From Archangium sp. (lineage in GTDB: Bacteria; Myxococcota; Myxococcia; Myxococcales; Myxococcaceae): DNA of 64,000 bases. How positions within the stretch are numbered: the stretch's first letter is position 1; each line of letters starts with the position of its first letter. The notes under the pieces were generated by a model, which saw only the letters and a list, made by a program, of their open reading frames with translations, was not told the origin of the DNA and ran no database searches. This document shows, piece after piece, positions 36,434 to 46,800 of this stretch. The stretch spans positions 1 through 64,000 of the forward strand of contig JANLPS010000176.1 of assembly GCA_031367385.1 (NCBI GenBank), read 5' to 3'. Position numbers and translations under genes: made by a program.

Positions 36434-37291
36434 TCAGCGGCTCGAGGCGCAGCGAAAGCCATTGTTGTTGAACGGCGCGTCGGGCACGGTTTTGCCCCGC
36501 GCGAAGAGCCCGTACCCGGTGCAGGTGTGCTTCGAGCACCACCATGAACCGCCACGGGCGACCTTGCGGCTGCCGCGGGTGGGCGGGCTGTGGCGTCGGT
36601 AGGCGTCATCGGCGTACCAGTCATCGACCCACTGCCAGAGGTTGCCGACCGGGTCGTACACCCCCCACGCGTTGGGAGCGAACGCGCGCACCGGCGAGAG
36701 GTAGAGGTAGCCGTCGGCGGTGAGGTTCTTGGTGTGCGGGCCTTGCCAGAAGTTGAGCCCCAGGCCTCCGTCAGGCCGTGTCGGCGCGTCACCCCAGGGG
36801 AAACGGGTGCTGGCGCCGGCGCGCATGGCGTACTCCCACTCGGCTTCGGTGGGCAGGCGGCGACCAGCGGCTTGGCAAAAGGCGTACGCGTCAGACCAGC
36901 TGATCATCGTCACGGGCCAGTCGTCGGCGATGGCGATGCTCGCATGGGTGCCAAAGGGTGCACGCCACGAGGCGCCGGGGGTCTTGACCCACTCCCATTC
37001 TTTGAGGCCCTCGGTGGCGACCATGCCGTAGCCGAGGCGCTCGGCCGAGGTGACGAAGTGGGTCGCTTCAACGAAGGCGCGAAAGTCGGCGAGGGTGACC
37101 AGCGTGGCATCGAACGAAAACGCAGCGACGTGAACGCGGTGCGCGGGGTGCTCGTCATCGTTGCCTCCGAAGTCGCGACCCATCACGAAATCGCCTTCGG
37201 GCAGCTCGACGAGGCGAGCGTGCGCATCGGCGCGGGAGACGAGCGCCACCAACGCTCCGAATGCGACGAGCGCTATTCGCCGGGGGTGCAC
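36434..37291 (-). CDS. Formylglycine-generating enzyme (SUMF1/FGE-sulfatase) family protein
   Basis: F.MG, EHPAHRV, RLPTEAEWEYA, PNAWGVYD..GNLWQW, RGGSWWC....C, GFRC. Confidence 0.92.
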   Translation of the reverse strand: MHPRRIALVAFGALVALVSRADAHARLVELPEGDFVMGRDFGGNDDEHPAHRVHVAAFSFDATLVTLADFRAFVEATHFVTSAERLGYGMVATEGLKEWEWVKTPGASWRAPFGTHASIAIADDWPVTMISWSDAYAFCQAAGRRLPTEAEWEYAMRAGASTRFPWGDAPTRPDGGLGLNFWQGPHTKNLTADGYLYLSPVRAFAPNAWGVYDPVGNLWQWVDDWYADDAYRRHSPPTRGSRKVARGGSWWCSKHTCTGYGLFARGKTVPDAPFNNNGFRCASSR

Positions 37292-38010
37292 CAATCGAGG
37301 CACTCCGCGGCGTTGTGGGGAAATTTCGCGGCGCAGTGCTTTGCGTCTTGGTCTCGCTCGGAGGCCTCGAGCTGGCAGCTGGTGATTGCGTCGCAGTCGG
37401 GGCAAAGGCGCTTCAAGCGAACCTGGGCTTCGGCTTCGCAGCGGCTCATCGCGGCGTCGCAGGTGGTGGTTCGGCAGGTCTCGAGCCTGCCGAGGCATTG
37501 CACGCGGCAGTCGACCCGGCTCGTGGCGCACGCGGTGATGCAGGCGGCGGCGCCATTGCATTGGCTCTTGCACGAGTCACAGCGGTCGGCGCAGACGCTC
37601 TGGCAGGTGTGGCACGGGTCGGCGCAGGCATCGCGGCACTTCTCGACGCCCTCCCAGCAACCGAACGTATCAGGTGAGCAGTTCTGGTCGAACATGCGCG
37701 CGTCGCACTCACCAGCGTCGGGGTGGGTGCCGTCCATGTCTTCGAAGGTGAGGGTGACGTGGTGGTGGCAGTCGGCGGTGAAAGCGGCGATCAACGCTTC
37801 AGTCGATGGTGCGTTCTCGGTGACTTCGCTGGGCAGCGCGATGGCGCCGTCGGTGGGCTCGGTGGTGGCGGCCGGCACGGCTGAAGTCGCGAGGGTGGTG
37901 GCGGTGACCGCGGGGCCTGCATCGATTGGCGCCGACGGGCTGCGCTGGCAGCCGCCGCAGGTGCAGCTCGAGAGAACAAATAGAGCAGAGAGCCACAGAA
38001 GCAGGCGCAT
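37273..38010 (-). CDS. Cys-rich hypothetical lipoprotein
   Basis: Lipobox LSSC(TC); long CxxxC periodic array; stop overlaps the FGE start. Confidence 0.8.
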   Translation of the reverse strand: MRLLLWLSALFVLSSCTCGGCQRSPSAPIDAGPAVTATTLATSAVPAATTEPTDGAIALPSEVTENAPSTEALIAAFTADCHHHVTLTFEDMDGTHPDAGECDARMFDQNCSPDTFGCWEGVEKCRDACADPCHTCQSVCADRCDSCKSQCNGAAACITACATSRVDCRVQCLGRLETCRTTTCDAAMSRCEAEAQVRLKRLCPDCDAITSCQLEASERDQDAKHCAAKFPHNAAECLDWCTPGE

Positions 38011-38213
38011 GCTCTGCTTCAAATCAGAACGCCGCCGGGTTGTCGCTTGGCGCGGGAGCGCGCCCTCCGCTGGTCGTGGCCACGCGCGGGCGCTTTCACA
38101 GGCACGTCACGAGCTCGTCTCCCCACCAGGGTACTCGGAGCCGCATGGTCCGTGCGATGCCTTCAAAGAGCTGCGTGAACGGTCGTCGGTTGGGCGTCAT
38201 CGGGCATCTGTCG

Positions 38214-38248
38214 TACAAATATGTCCCGACAATCGGGACATATTTGTA
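38214..38248. repeat. Perfect 16-bp inverted repeat with a 3-nt spacer
   Basis: tacaaatatgtcccga-caa-tcgggacatatttgta. Confidence 0.95.
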
Positions 38249-38313
38249 ACTCCATCTGTAACCTCAGCGAGCCGCTCCAAACGCATCTGCGCTCCCCGAA
38301 GCACCGAGCGGAG

Positions 38314-40440
38314 TCATCGAGGCTGCTTCGCCGGCTGCGGCGCCTGAACAGAAGCATCAACCGCGTCGGTGCGAATCACCGCGCCCTTCGCCAAGCGCGT
38401 CGTCGCGTCGTGGAGCACCTGCAGATGTTGCACCAGGCGGTCGAGCTGACCTCGCAGCAATGGCTCGGCATCGGCCGAGGCGATGCCCATCGTGGTCAAC
38501 GGCTCCGGCGGCCTTCGGTCTGTGCACGCCTGGGCCAACTCGAGCAGCACGCCTTCACACGCCTGGGCCAGCTCGGCGGGCAGCTCCGGGCGCCCGGGCA
38601 GCGTGGTGACCGCCAGCGCTGACCAGCAGAACCGACGCATGTACAACAACATCGTGATCACCGGCTCGAGCTCGTGCTCCGCCACCGCTCGCTCGGCCAC
38701 GAAGCGCTGGAGCGAGACGTCGGCGTTGTTGACCGACACGCCGAAGGCGCGCCGGGCCACCGCCAGCGTGTCGGCGGTCGCTCGGGGCTTGGCGGCAATC
38801 ACCTCGAGCAGGCGCCGCTGGGCGCTCAAGGCACGGGCGAGCTCATCGGCGATTCGCGAGCGCTCCGAGCTGGGCCAGAAGACGCGCGAGGCGATCAGCG
38901 CCACCACGCCGGCGACCGTGGTGGTCGCTGCGCGCAGCCCCGCCAGCCGCCAATCGAGGCCATTGACCTGCGCGAGCAACACGAAGGTCGGCGTGAGCAA
39001 CGTTGAATACAACGCATAGTTCACCTGAATCACCGACACGCTCACCGCGCTCATCACCATGCACACGAAGATGAGGTACTTCGGGTCTGGCAGCAGCGAA
39101 GCGATGGCGACGGCGAGCAGGGCTCCGATGACGGTGCCGCCGATGCGTTGCACGCTGCGCAACAGGGTCGCTGGAGCATGCGGCTGCAGCACCACCAGCA
39201 TGGTGATGGTGGCCCAATAGCCGTGATCGATTTCGAACGCGGTCGTCACGCCGACCGACGCCGCAACCAACAGCCCGACTCGCACCGCATGCCGGGCTTC
39301 GACCGAGTCGACCGAGATCGCCGCGCGCAGGGCGATGAACCATGGCGTGGTTGGCTCCTGAACCGCGTTCGACACCGGGGTCACCGTCGCCAGCGTCTGC
39401 TCGATGGCGGTCAGAAGCTCGGCCATGTGCAGCACCTGCGCGCGGGGCAGTGGCGCGAGCGGAGGCTGCGCGGTCTCGAGGGCTCCAATCAGCGCATTCG
39501 TCGAGAGGGTGGGCCGCGGCACGGCCGCGTCTTCGTTTTCGTCGACCGCGAACTCGGCGAGCGCGTGGCATGCGGTGGCGATTTCGCGCAACACCTGGCG
39601 CAGAGGAGGCTCAATGGCTGTCAGTGAGTTGCTCGCCCTGGCCGTCTCGAGCCCCTCACTGACCGAGATCACCCGCGCGAAGGCCTGATCGGCGGTCTGG
39701 AGCAGCCCGAGCAACCAGGCTCCCTTGCCGCTGGTGCCTCGGCTGTTGCCTCGAATCGAGGCCAGGTGCGAGCGCGCAGCCTCGACGGCCAATCGCACCC
39801 CGGTGTGGTCTCGCCGCAGCTGTTCGTGCCAGTCGCGCGTGCCGGCGTCGGCCACCTGATCACCGAGGTTTTCGGCATGAAGACCCAACGCCTGAAACAC
39901 CGAGGCGACAGCCCGCCGCGCCGGAGCGAACACCCGAACAGGCCACACGACCAACCCCAGCAACGCCGCCCACCCGATGCCCAGCGCGACCACCGCCGCG
40001 CGCTCAATGGCCAGGGAGGCGGTCGGCTCGGGTTGGGCGACCGAGAGCAAGAACATCAGCGAAGAGATGGTGCCGACGCTGATGGCTTCAGTGCCGAACA
40101 CGCGGGCGAGGGCGCCGGTGGTCACCACGATGAAGCCCAAGGCGACGCTCCACGGCAGTGATTCGCCGGCCAGCGAGCCCACGAAGACCGTCACGCAGCT
40201 GGCGACCATGAGCGCGGCGAAGGTTCGGGCGCGGGTCGCATAGGCGCCTCCCTTGTCGGTGGTGGTCGCGCAGAACCCGGCGATGCCAGCCCAGCGGTAT
40301 GACGGGTGAGCGAGCGCCACGCCAACGAGCAGCGGCACGAAGGTCGACGCCGCGGCGCGAAGGCCGAGCAAGATGGCGAATTGTTTTCGGTCGAGCCGGG
40401 TGGCTTCCTGGAGCGGCCGTACGACGTAGGCCAGACGCAT
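38314..40440 (-). CDS. FUSC/YccS-family inner membrane protein
   Basis: Two TM bundles; DKGGAY..R, RHAVR, HGYWA..T.LVVLQP, QRIGGT..G. Confidence 0.9.
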   Translation of the reverse strand: MRLAYVVRPLQEATRLDRKQFAILLGLRAAASTFVPLLVGVALAHPSYRWAGIAGFCATTTDKGGAYATRARTFAALMVASCVTVFVGSLAGESLPWSVALGFIVVTTGALARVFGTEAISVGTISSLMFLLSVAQPEPTASLAIERAAVVALGIGWAALLGLVVWPVRVFAPARRAVASVFQALGLHAENLGDQVADAGTRDWHEQLRRDHTGVRLAVEAARSHLASIRGNSRGTSGKGAWLLGLLQTADQAFARVISVSEGLETARASNSLTAIEPPLRQVLREIATACHALAEFAVDENEDAAVPRPTLSTNALIGALETAQPPLAPLPRAQVLHMAELLTAIEQTLATVTPVSNAVQEPTTPWFIALRAAISVDSVEARHAVRVGLLVAASVGVTTAFEIDHGYWATITMLVVLQPHAPATLLRSVQRIGGTVIGALLAVAIASLLPDPKYLIFVCMVMSAVSVSVIQVNYALYSTLLTPTFVLLAQVNGLDWRLAGLRAATTTVAGVVALIASRVFWPSSERSRIADELARALSAQRRLLEVIAAKPRATADTLAVARRAFGVSVNNADVSLQRFVAERAVAEHELEPVITMLLYMRRFCWSALAVTTLPGRPELPAELAQACEGVLLELAQACTDRRPPEPLTTMGIASADAEPLLRGQLDRLVQHLQVLHDATTRLAKGAVIRTDAVDASVQAPQPAKQPR

Positions 40441-40566
40441 TTCGCGGGGCAACGTATACCCGCGGGGCGCCGAGGGCCCGTTTGCCTGCGGCTTCGGGCA
40501 CTTCAGGGCTTCTCGACGTGGTGTCTTTTGCTGTTGCCGCCAAGCCGACCCGGCTAGTTGAAACGC

Positions 40567-41517
40567 ATGAATACGACTCGGCAGCTGGGCAACTCGTCGG
40601 TGATGGTGGCGCCGTTGGCGTTGGGCGGCAACGTGTTCGGGTGGACGATTGACGAGGCGACCTCGTTCTCGGTGCTCGATGCGTTCGTCGACGAGGGGCT
40701 GAACCTCATCGACACGGCTGACGTGTATTCAGCCTGGGCGCCGGGCAATCAGGGCGGCGAGTCGGAGCGCATCATCGGCAAGTGGCTCAAGCGCAGCGGC
40801 AAGCGTGACAAGGTCGTGCTCGCGACCAAGGTCGGCCAGTGGGCCACGCACCTCGGGCTCGGCGCGGCGACCATCGAGGCGGCGGTGAACGATTCGCTGC
40901 AGCGCCTGCAGACTGACGTGATTGATGTGTATCAGTCGCACAAAGATGACCCGGCGACTCCGCTCGAAGAGACGATGACGGCATTCGCCAAGCTCGTGCA
41001 GCAGGGCAAGGTGCGGGTGCTCGGCGCGTCGAATTATTCGGCGCAGCGGCTTGCAGAGGCGCTGGCAGTGAGCCTTCGCCTGGGGCTGCCACGGTTCGAG
41101 AGCCTTCAGCCTGAGTACAATGTCTATGACCGGGCGGGGTATGAGGCGCAGCTCGAACCGCTGGTGCTCAAAGAGAAGATCGGCGTCATTGGGTACTTCT
41201 CGTTGGCGCGCGGTTTCTTGACCGGGAAGTACCGGAGCGAAGCTGACTTGAAGCAAAGCGCTCGAGGGGCCGGAGTAAAAGGGTACTTGAACCCGCGGGG
41301 TGAGCGAATCTTGAAGGCGCTCGATGAGGTCGCGAAGCAGCGCGGCGCGACGATGGCGCAGGTGTCGTTGGCGTGGTTGATGGCACGGCCGGGCATCACG
41401 GCTCCGATTGCGAGCGCGACGAGCGTGACGCAATTGAAAGACATCGCTGGGGCGATGCGGGTGGTGCTCAGTGGTGACGACGTACGGGTGATTGATCAGG
41501 CCAGCGCGGGCGGGTGA
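40567..41517 (+). CDS. Aldo/keto reductase
   Basis: LGGNVFGW, IDTADVY, LATKVG, SLQRLQTD.ID.Y..H, PIASATS. Confidence 0.95.
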   Translation: MNTTRQLGNSSVMVAPLALGGNVFGWTIDEATSFSVLDAFVDEGLNLIDTADVYSAWAPGNQGGESERIIGKWLKRSGKRDKVVLATKVGQWATHLGLGAATIEAAVNDSLQRLQTDVIDVYQSHKDDPATPLEETMTAFAKLVQQGKVRVLGASNYSAQRLAEALAVSLRLGLPRFESLQPEYNVYDRAGYEAQLEPLVLKEKIGVIGYFSLARGFLTGKYRSEADLKQSARGAGVKGYLNPRGERILKALDEVAKQRGATMAQVSLAWLMARPGITAPIASATSVTQLKDIAGAMRVVLSGDDVRVIDQASAGG

Positions 41518-41533
41518 TGGCTGGTGCACACGC

Positions 41534-43243
41534 TCAAAACGCCGACTGCTCGAACACGAAGTTGTTGCTGACGATCACCGGCCCCCCGCGCGCTGGAGGA
41601 AACCGCCAGGTCTTCAACTTGCTCATGATGCAGCCCGTGACCGCGCCCGAGTCGCGCAGGGTCGCTCCGAGCAACCGAACCGAGGCCACCGTGCCCGAGG
41701 TGTCGATTCGCCACTCGAGCTTCGCCGAGCCTCGCAACCCGCTTTGGGTCAGCAGCGCCGTTTCGTAACAGGCTGAGATCTCCGAGGTGTGATCTCGAAT
41801 CACCTTCGCCACGCTGTCGCGATCAATCGTGCCGTTCGAGTCCTTCGTGACTCGCAGGCTCCGCTCACCGTCGGTTACCCGACCGACCACGGCACCCCGC
41901 CCGGTTCGACCACTGCTCAGCGCACCCGCCGAGCCGATGCCCACCGGAGACGATCCCGCGCCCAGCCCGATGCTCCCGCCCAGTGAATTGCCGCTCGGTA
42001 ACCCCGCGACGAGAGAGCCGCCACGAGCTCCCGTGGCATGGCCCTTCCCCACCCCTAGGTTTCTCAAAGTTACTTCGATGCCAGCGATGCTGCCGGTCAG
42101 ACCCTTAGGCAACGAGGGCACCTTGAACCTCGAGGGCTGCGCAGGGCTCCGTGACGCCGAGCGGGTCTTGGTCGAGGCACTCGATTCAGACGGCGGAGCG
42201 CTCACCGGCGGCTCTTTCGGAGGCGGCCGCATCGGGTGAACCGGCAGCGACGGAAGACGTCGAGGCTCGAAGCGATCATCAACAGGCGCATCGACGAAGC
42301 TCAGCCCCACGGGCACACAGGCAAAGAGCATCGCCAACACGACCACCAACCTCGGCAGCTGCACCAACGGGCCGCGCGCGACCTTCGCTTCACGCTCGAC
42401 CAACGACGCGCCCAGCGTCAACCCACCCGCGCCCTCGAGCTCGAGCGGAGCACCTGGCGCGACCAGCTCGCCCAGCCGAGCGCGGCCCCAAAACACGCGG
42501 TACCCCGTACCTTCTGGCTCGACCTTGAGCAGGCCAGCGCCCAGCGGTTCGAAGAGCGATGCCGGCACGGGCTGCGCGTCGAATGAACGCACTGCCAGAC
42601 GCTGTGCGCCCCACCGCAGCTCGAGCTTGAGCACGGGCCGCTCGGCGCGATGAACGATCTCCGTCTTGGCCTCAATCACCTCTGGTACCGGCGCGACGGC
42701 GAGCAGCCTCGGCGCACTCCGCTCGTCCCACCGGTCGGTCACCACTCGGGCCCGCAGTGTCCACGGGCCCAGCTGCAACTCGTCGATGGGCCGCAAGAGG
42801 CCGCCGCGAACCCGGTTGCCGTTGATGTACAGCGGCCCGGCGTCGGCCTCGGCCGACACTTGACCTTCGTGAAAGCGCAGCCGCGCGTGCCGAAGCGCAG
42901 TCAATTCCTCGAGCTCCAGATCCGCTCCCACCGCCCCGATGATCCATTCTCCTGCGCTGAACATCTCGGTGCCGACGAGCAAACCGTCGCGCAGAATGAT
43001 CACCTGCATCAACCCCGCGGCGGCGACGCGCACCGGCTTCGGCCGCGGAGGCGTACTCGGCACCGTCGAGGCCGAATACAAGCTGCGCAGCGACTTGAGC
43101 CGCGAGGCACACTCGCCGCACTCGGCGACGTGACGCTCGAGCTGCCGGGCTTCATCTGAACCGGGCGACTCGCCCAACAACCACCGGTCGAAGCGCAGAT
43201 CAGACGCGCACTCGGCTTCACGACGGCGGGCAAGCACGCTCAC
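41534..43243 (-). CDS. Zinc-finger anti-sigma (HxxxCxxC) + FHA-like + TM + AgmX/PglI (TonB-C-like) fusion protein
   Basis: HVAECGEC; QVIILRDGLLVGTE...RHA...YING...DELQLG; TM LVVVLAMLFACV; Pro/Gly-rich linker; IDR..V..VI......I.ACYE.AL.....L.G.....W.I...G.V...CI......WRFP..RGG; GTG overlaps the sigma stop. Confidence 0.82.
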   Translation of the reverse strand: MSVLARRREAECASDLRFDRWLLGESPGSDEARQLERHVAECGECASRLKSLRSLYSASTVPSTPPRPKPVRVAAAGLMQVIILRDGLLVGTEMFSAGEWIIGAVGADLELEELTALRHARLRFHEGQVSAEADAGPLYINGNRVRGGLLRPIDELQLGPWTLRARVVTDRWDERSAPRLLAVAPVPEVIEAKTEIVHRAERPVLKLELRWGAQRLAVRSFDAQPVPASLFEPLGAGLLKVEPEGTGYRVFWGRARLGELVAPGAPLELEGAGGLTLGASLVEREAKVARGPLVQLPRLVVVLAMLFACVPVGLSFVDAPVDDRFEPRRLPSLPVHPMRPPPKEPPVSAPPSESSASTKTRSASRSPAQPSRFKVPSLPKGLTGSIAGIEVTLRNLGVGKGHATGARGGSLVAGLPSGNSLGGSIGLGAGSSPVGIGSAGALSSGRTGRGAVVGRVTDGERSLRVTKDSNGTIDRDSVAKVIRDHTSEISACYETALLTQSGLRGSAKLEWRIDTSGTVASVRLLGATLRDSGAVTGCIMSKLKTWRFPPARGGPVIVSNNFVFEQSAF

Positions 43244-43743
43244 AGGGCCACCTTCTGCTCGAGCTGCCCAGCGGCGATTCGCGCGGCAGCGTGAAACTCG
43301 ACCAACCGGTTGCCGACGGTGCGCCGCGACACACCACACACCGCGGCGATCTCTTCGTGGCTCATCTGGTCGAGGTAGAAATACACCGCCACCTCGCGCA
43401 GTGCTTCAGGCACCCGCGCCAGCACCGCCGAGAGCGTCAACCGCTCATCGAGGCTCACCTCTTCTGGCCGCGCGGGCTCGCCGCTCTCAGTGACTTGCGG
43501 CACCTCACCCCGGCGCTGGCGATCGCGCAGTACGTTGAGGCACTGGTTGGTGGTCGCGCGGTACAGGTAGGTAATCGGCGAGGCCTCGGCGCGAAATTCG
43601 CTGAACGAGCGCATCACCTTGAGAAACACTTCTTGCGCCGCGTCGCGGGCCAGGTGCTCATCACCCAACATCGCCCGAGCCCGCCGGAGCACCGACGCGC
43701 CATATTTGGCGTACAGCGCTTCAGCCGGGTGCGGTGCCTTCAC
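43240..43743 (-). CDS. ECF RNA polymerase sigma factor
   Basis: Region 2 DAAQEVFLK...FRAEAS..TYLYR.TTN.CLN; region 4 MSHEEIA..CGVSRRTV. Confidence 0.93.
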   Translation of the reverse strand: MKAPHPAEALYAKYGASVLRRARAMLGDEHLARDAAQEVFLKVMRSFSEFRAEASPITYLYRATTNQCLNVLRDRQRRGEVPQVTESGEPARPEEVSLDERLTLSAVLARVPEALREVAVYFYLDQMSHEEIAAVCGVSRRTVGNRLVEFHAAARIAAGQLEQKVAL

Positions 43744-43808
43744 GAGCCCTTGGACACCGCCCCGCGAAAAACCGGCAAACTTTCGTAAGGCCTCGGGGTT
43801 GCTGGATT

Positions 43809-46800
43809 TTAATTCACCAGCGGCTCAGTTTCAGCCGTCGCCGCGCGCACCGTGGGGATGCCGTCGACGTAGGAGAGAATCGTACCCATCACCGCCGGCA
43901 CCCGGGGCCCGGGGGTGACCAGGCCGGTCAAGTTGAGCGGGTCAGCGGCCGAGATGTCGATCACCTCGCCCTTCTTTTCAAGCCGCCGGGTCGAGCGAGC
44001 CAGGTCGACCGCGTCGGGCAGCGCGAACTGCTCGCCGGCGAAGCCCGAGAGAAAACGGCCTCCGCGAATCTCGCCGCGGGCCTCGAGGCGACGGTACAAG
44101 AACAGCAGCTCGCGCCACGGAGGACACAGGGGCTCACGCACCACCAGGTCTCGAAAGACGATGCCGTAGCGGTTGAGCAAGAGCCAGGCGCGCTTCTCGT
44201 CGAGTTCGGTGGGCTCGCAGCGTTCGACGCTCTGCAGCAGTGACCAGCGGCCAGGGCCTCCGCGCTGAGTGGCGCGTTGACGCTTTCGAAGCTTGGGCGA
44301 CTGCAGCACGCGCAGGTTTTGAACGGCATCAGCGGTAACCAGGCCGTGAGCCAACAGCTCCCAGAGGGCGTCTTCGACCTCGGTCGGCAACCGACGAGCG
44401 CTGGTCTGCAGCTCGGCGAAGAACGAGGCCCCTCGGCGCTCGAGCACTTGCAGCACTTCGCGGGCGTGCGCGCTCAGCGACTCGGGCCAGGGCCTCGGGC
44501 CATCGGCGAGCATCTCGTCGGGGCGTGCGGCCTGTAGCAGCCAATCGAGATCTGCTCTGCGAGCAAAAGTCAGCGACGCGTTGCGACTGACCCCCACCGT
44601 TCGCACCGAAGGGCTCGAAGGCCCCTGCAGCCCCGAGTCACCCCGGGCCGCCATGCCCTCAGCGCTGGCCGCACCCGCCGGGTCAGTCGCATTCTCGGTG
44701 CCGACGACGCGCTGCGCACCTGTCACGCGCTGACCTCCAGCGACGCCATCGGGCTGCCGTGAGGGCTGCGTCACCTCGACCCCACGTCGTGGCCCCGGTG
44801 CCGGCTTCGGTTCGCGCAAGGTCAACCGCCCCCACGCCACCTCACCGCCGAAGCAGGCGTGCTCGAGCCACTCACCCACATACTGCTTCATGCGCGCAGG
44901 AAAAATCGCCTGCTCCCAGGCCGCGGCCGGAGCCTCATAGCCCTGCAGCATCGAGATCACCTTCGCCAGCCCGCCCGGGCCCCGCAGCTCGCGCGCCGAC
45001 CCCATGCGATGCCAGCGAAACAAGAACCGCATGAAGTCTTGCGCAGACAGCGGCTCGATCTCCCGGCGCAGCCGGCCGACGGTGAGGCGGTGAATGCGCT
45101 GCAGCAACCTGCGGTCGCACCACTCCAGCTCGCGCTCACCCTCGCTCGGGGCAGGCAGCGCCCGAAATTGCCCTCGCAGCACCTGGCCCACCGACTCGAG
45201 CTTGAACAGCGCGCCCTCGACATCGAAGCGACCCAACCCCAAAAACTGCATCAGCTCGGGCACGGTGCACGGCCCGGCAGTCTCGACCCACCCGCGCACC
45301 ACGGTTCGCGCAGCGCTCTCGCGCTCGACCGGCACATCGCCCGGCAGCGGCTCGAGCGCCGTCACCACCTCGGGGAAGAGCGCGCGCACCAGCGGCACGC
45401 GCTCTGCGGCATAGGCCCACTGTCGACCCTCGACACAGAGCACCGCGGCGCGGTTCTGCGCCTGCAACGACTCGAGCCACGAGGCCTCGAAGGGCAACGA
45501 CGGCAGCGGCAGCAACCCCACTTGCAGCATCGCGTCGTGCAGCTCTTCGACGTCGCGAATGACCATCTTCGCTTCTTCGACCACCTGATCAATCGCGCTC
45601 GCGTCGAGAGCGCCAAGATCATTCGCCTGCGTCGCGGGTATGGTTCGTCGAACATTGACCGCGCGGGCCCGGCGTTCTTCGAGGGGCGCGTCATCGAGAA
45701 ACGTATACGGCGCCGAATTCAACATCGCGTGCGCGAACACCGACGGCTCTGGCAAATCGACCGCGACCTTGCGAATCGAGCCGGCTTTCATTGCCTTGAG
45801 CACGGCGATCAGGCCGTCGATGTCCATCAAGTCGTGGGTGCAGTCTTTCATCGTCTCGTTGATCAGCGGGTGATCAGGAGGCTCGATTTCCTTGCCGCCA
45901 TGATTATCCTGGCAGCCGATCTGCTCGGGGAACACTGCGCCGATGAGGTCTTCAGCCCGCGCCCGCTGAATCGGCGGAGGCACCCGCTTGCCGTTTTGCT
46001 GCCGCGACAGCACCAGCGCCCGGCCCGGGGCCCAGCGAAACCGGGTGCCGAACATCGGCGCCTGCAGCACCGCCTGATCGAGCACGTGCGCCGCGGTATT
46101 CGGCGAGACGAAATCGAAAATATCGATGAGGGGAAAGCTGTGTTGCTCACCCAGCGACAACAGAATGCCGTCATCGCTCGCGGCCGCCTGCAGCTCGAAG
46201 TCGAACGCGCGGCAGAACGACTTGCGAAGCGCGAGGCCCCAGGCTCGATTGATCCGCGCTCCGAAGGGAGAGTGAATGATCAGCTGCATGCCTCCGGCTT
46301 CATCGAAGAACCGCTCGGCGACCAGGGTCTGCTGAGTGGGTACCGCGGTCAACGCCGCGTGCCCGGCGCGCACATAGCGCACCAGCAGATCAGCCGCGAA
46401 GGGTGAGAGCTTGAACGCCTGCTCGAGCCAGGTGGTGGGCGCGTCGTGGCGAATCACGTCTTCTCGCAGCTTCGCCACCGCGCTCGACAACTCGTCGGTG
46501 CGCGCTGGAGCCTCACCATTCCAAAAGGGGATGCTGGGCGGCTGGCCGTTGGCGCTCTCGACCCGCAAGTCACCATCGAAGATTCGTCGAATCTTCCACG
46601 CGGTGCTGCCGAGCACGAAGACCTGGCCCGGCATCGAGTCGATCGCGAAGTCTTCATCGACGGTGCCGACCTGTTTCTCTTCGGGCTCGGCGATGACGCG
46701 GTAGCTGAAGACGTCGGGTATCGCTCCGCCGTTTTGCAGGGCCATCAACCGGGCGCCCTTGCGGGCCTTGAGCCACCCGTTGACGCGATCTCGGTGCACG

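Noticed and set aside
44580..44800. Intein or mobile insert in Lhr
   Set aside because: Short low-complexity linker with no Cys/Ser...His-Asn splice motifs
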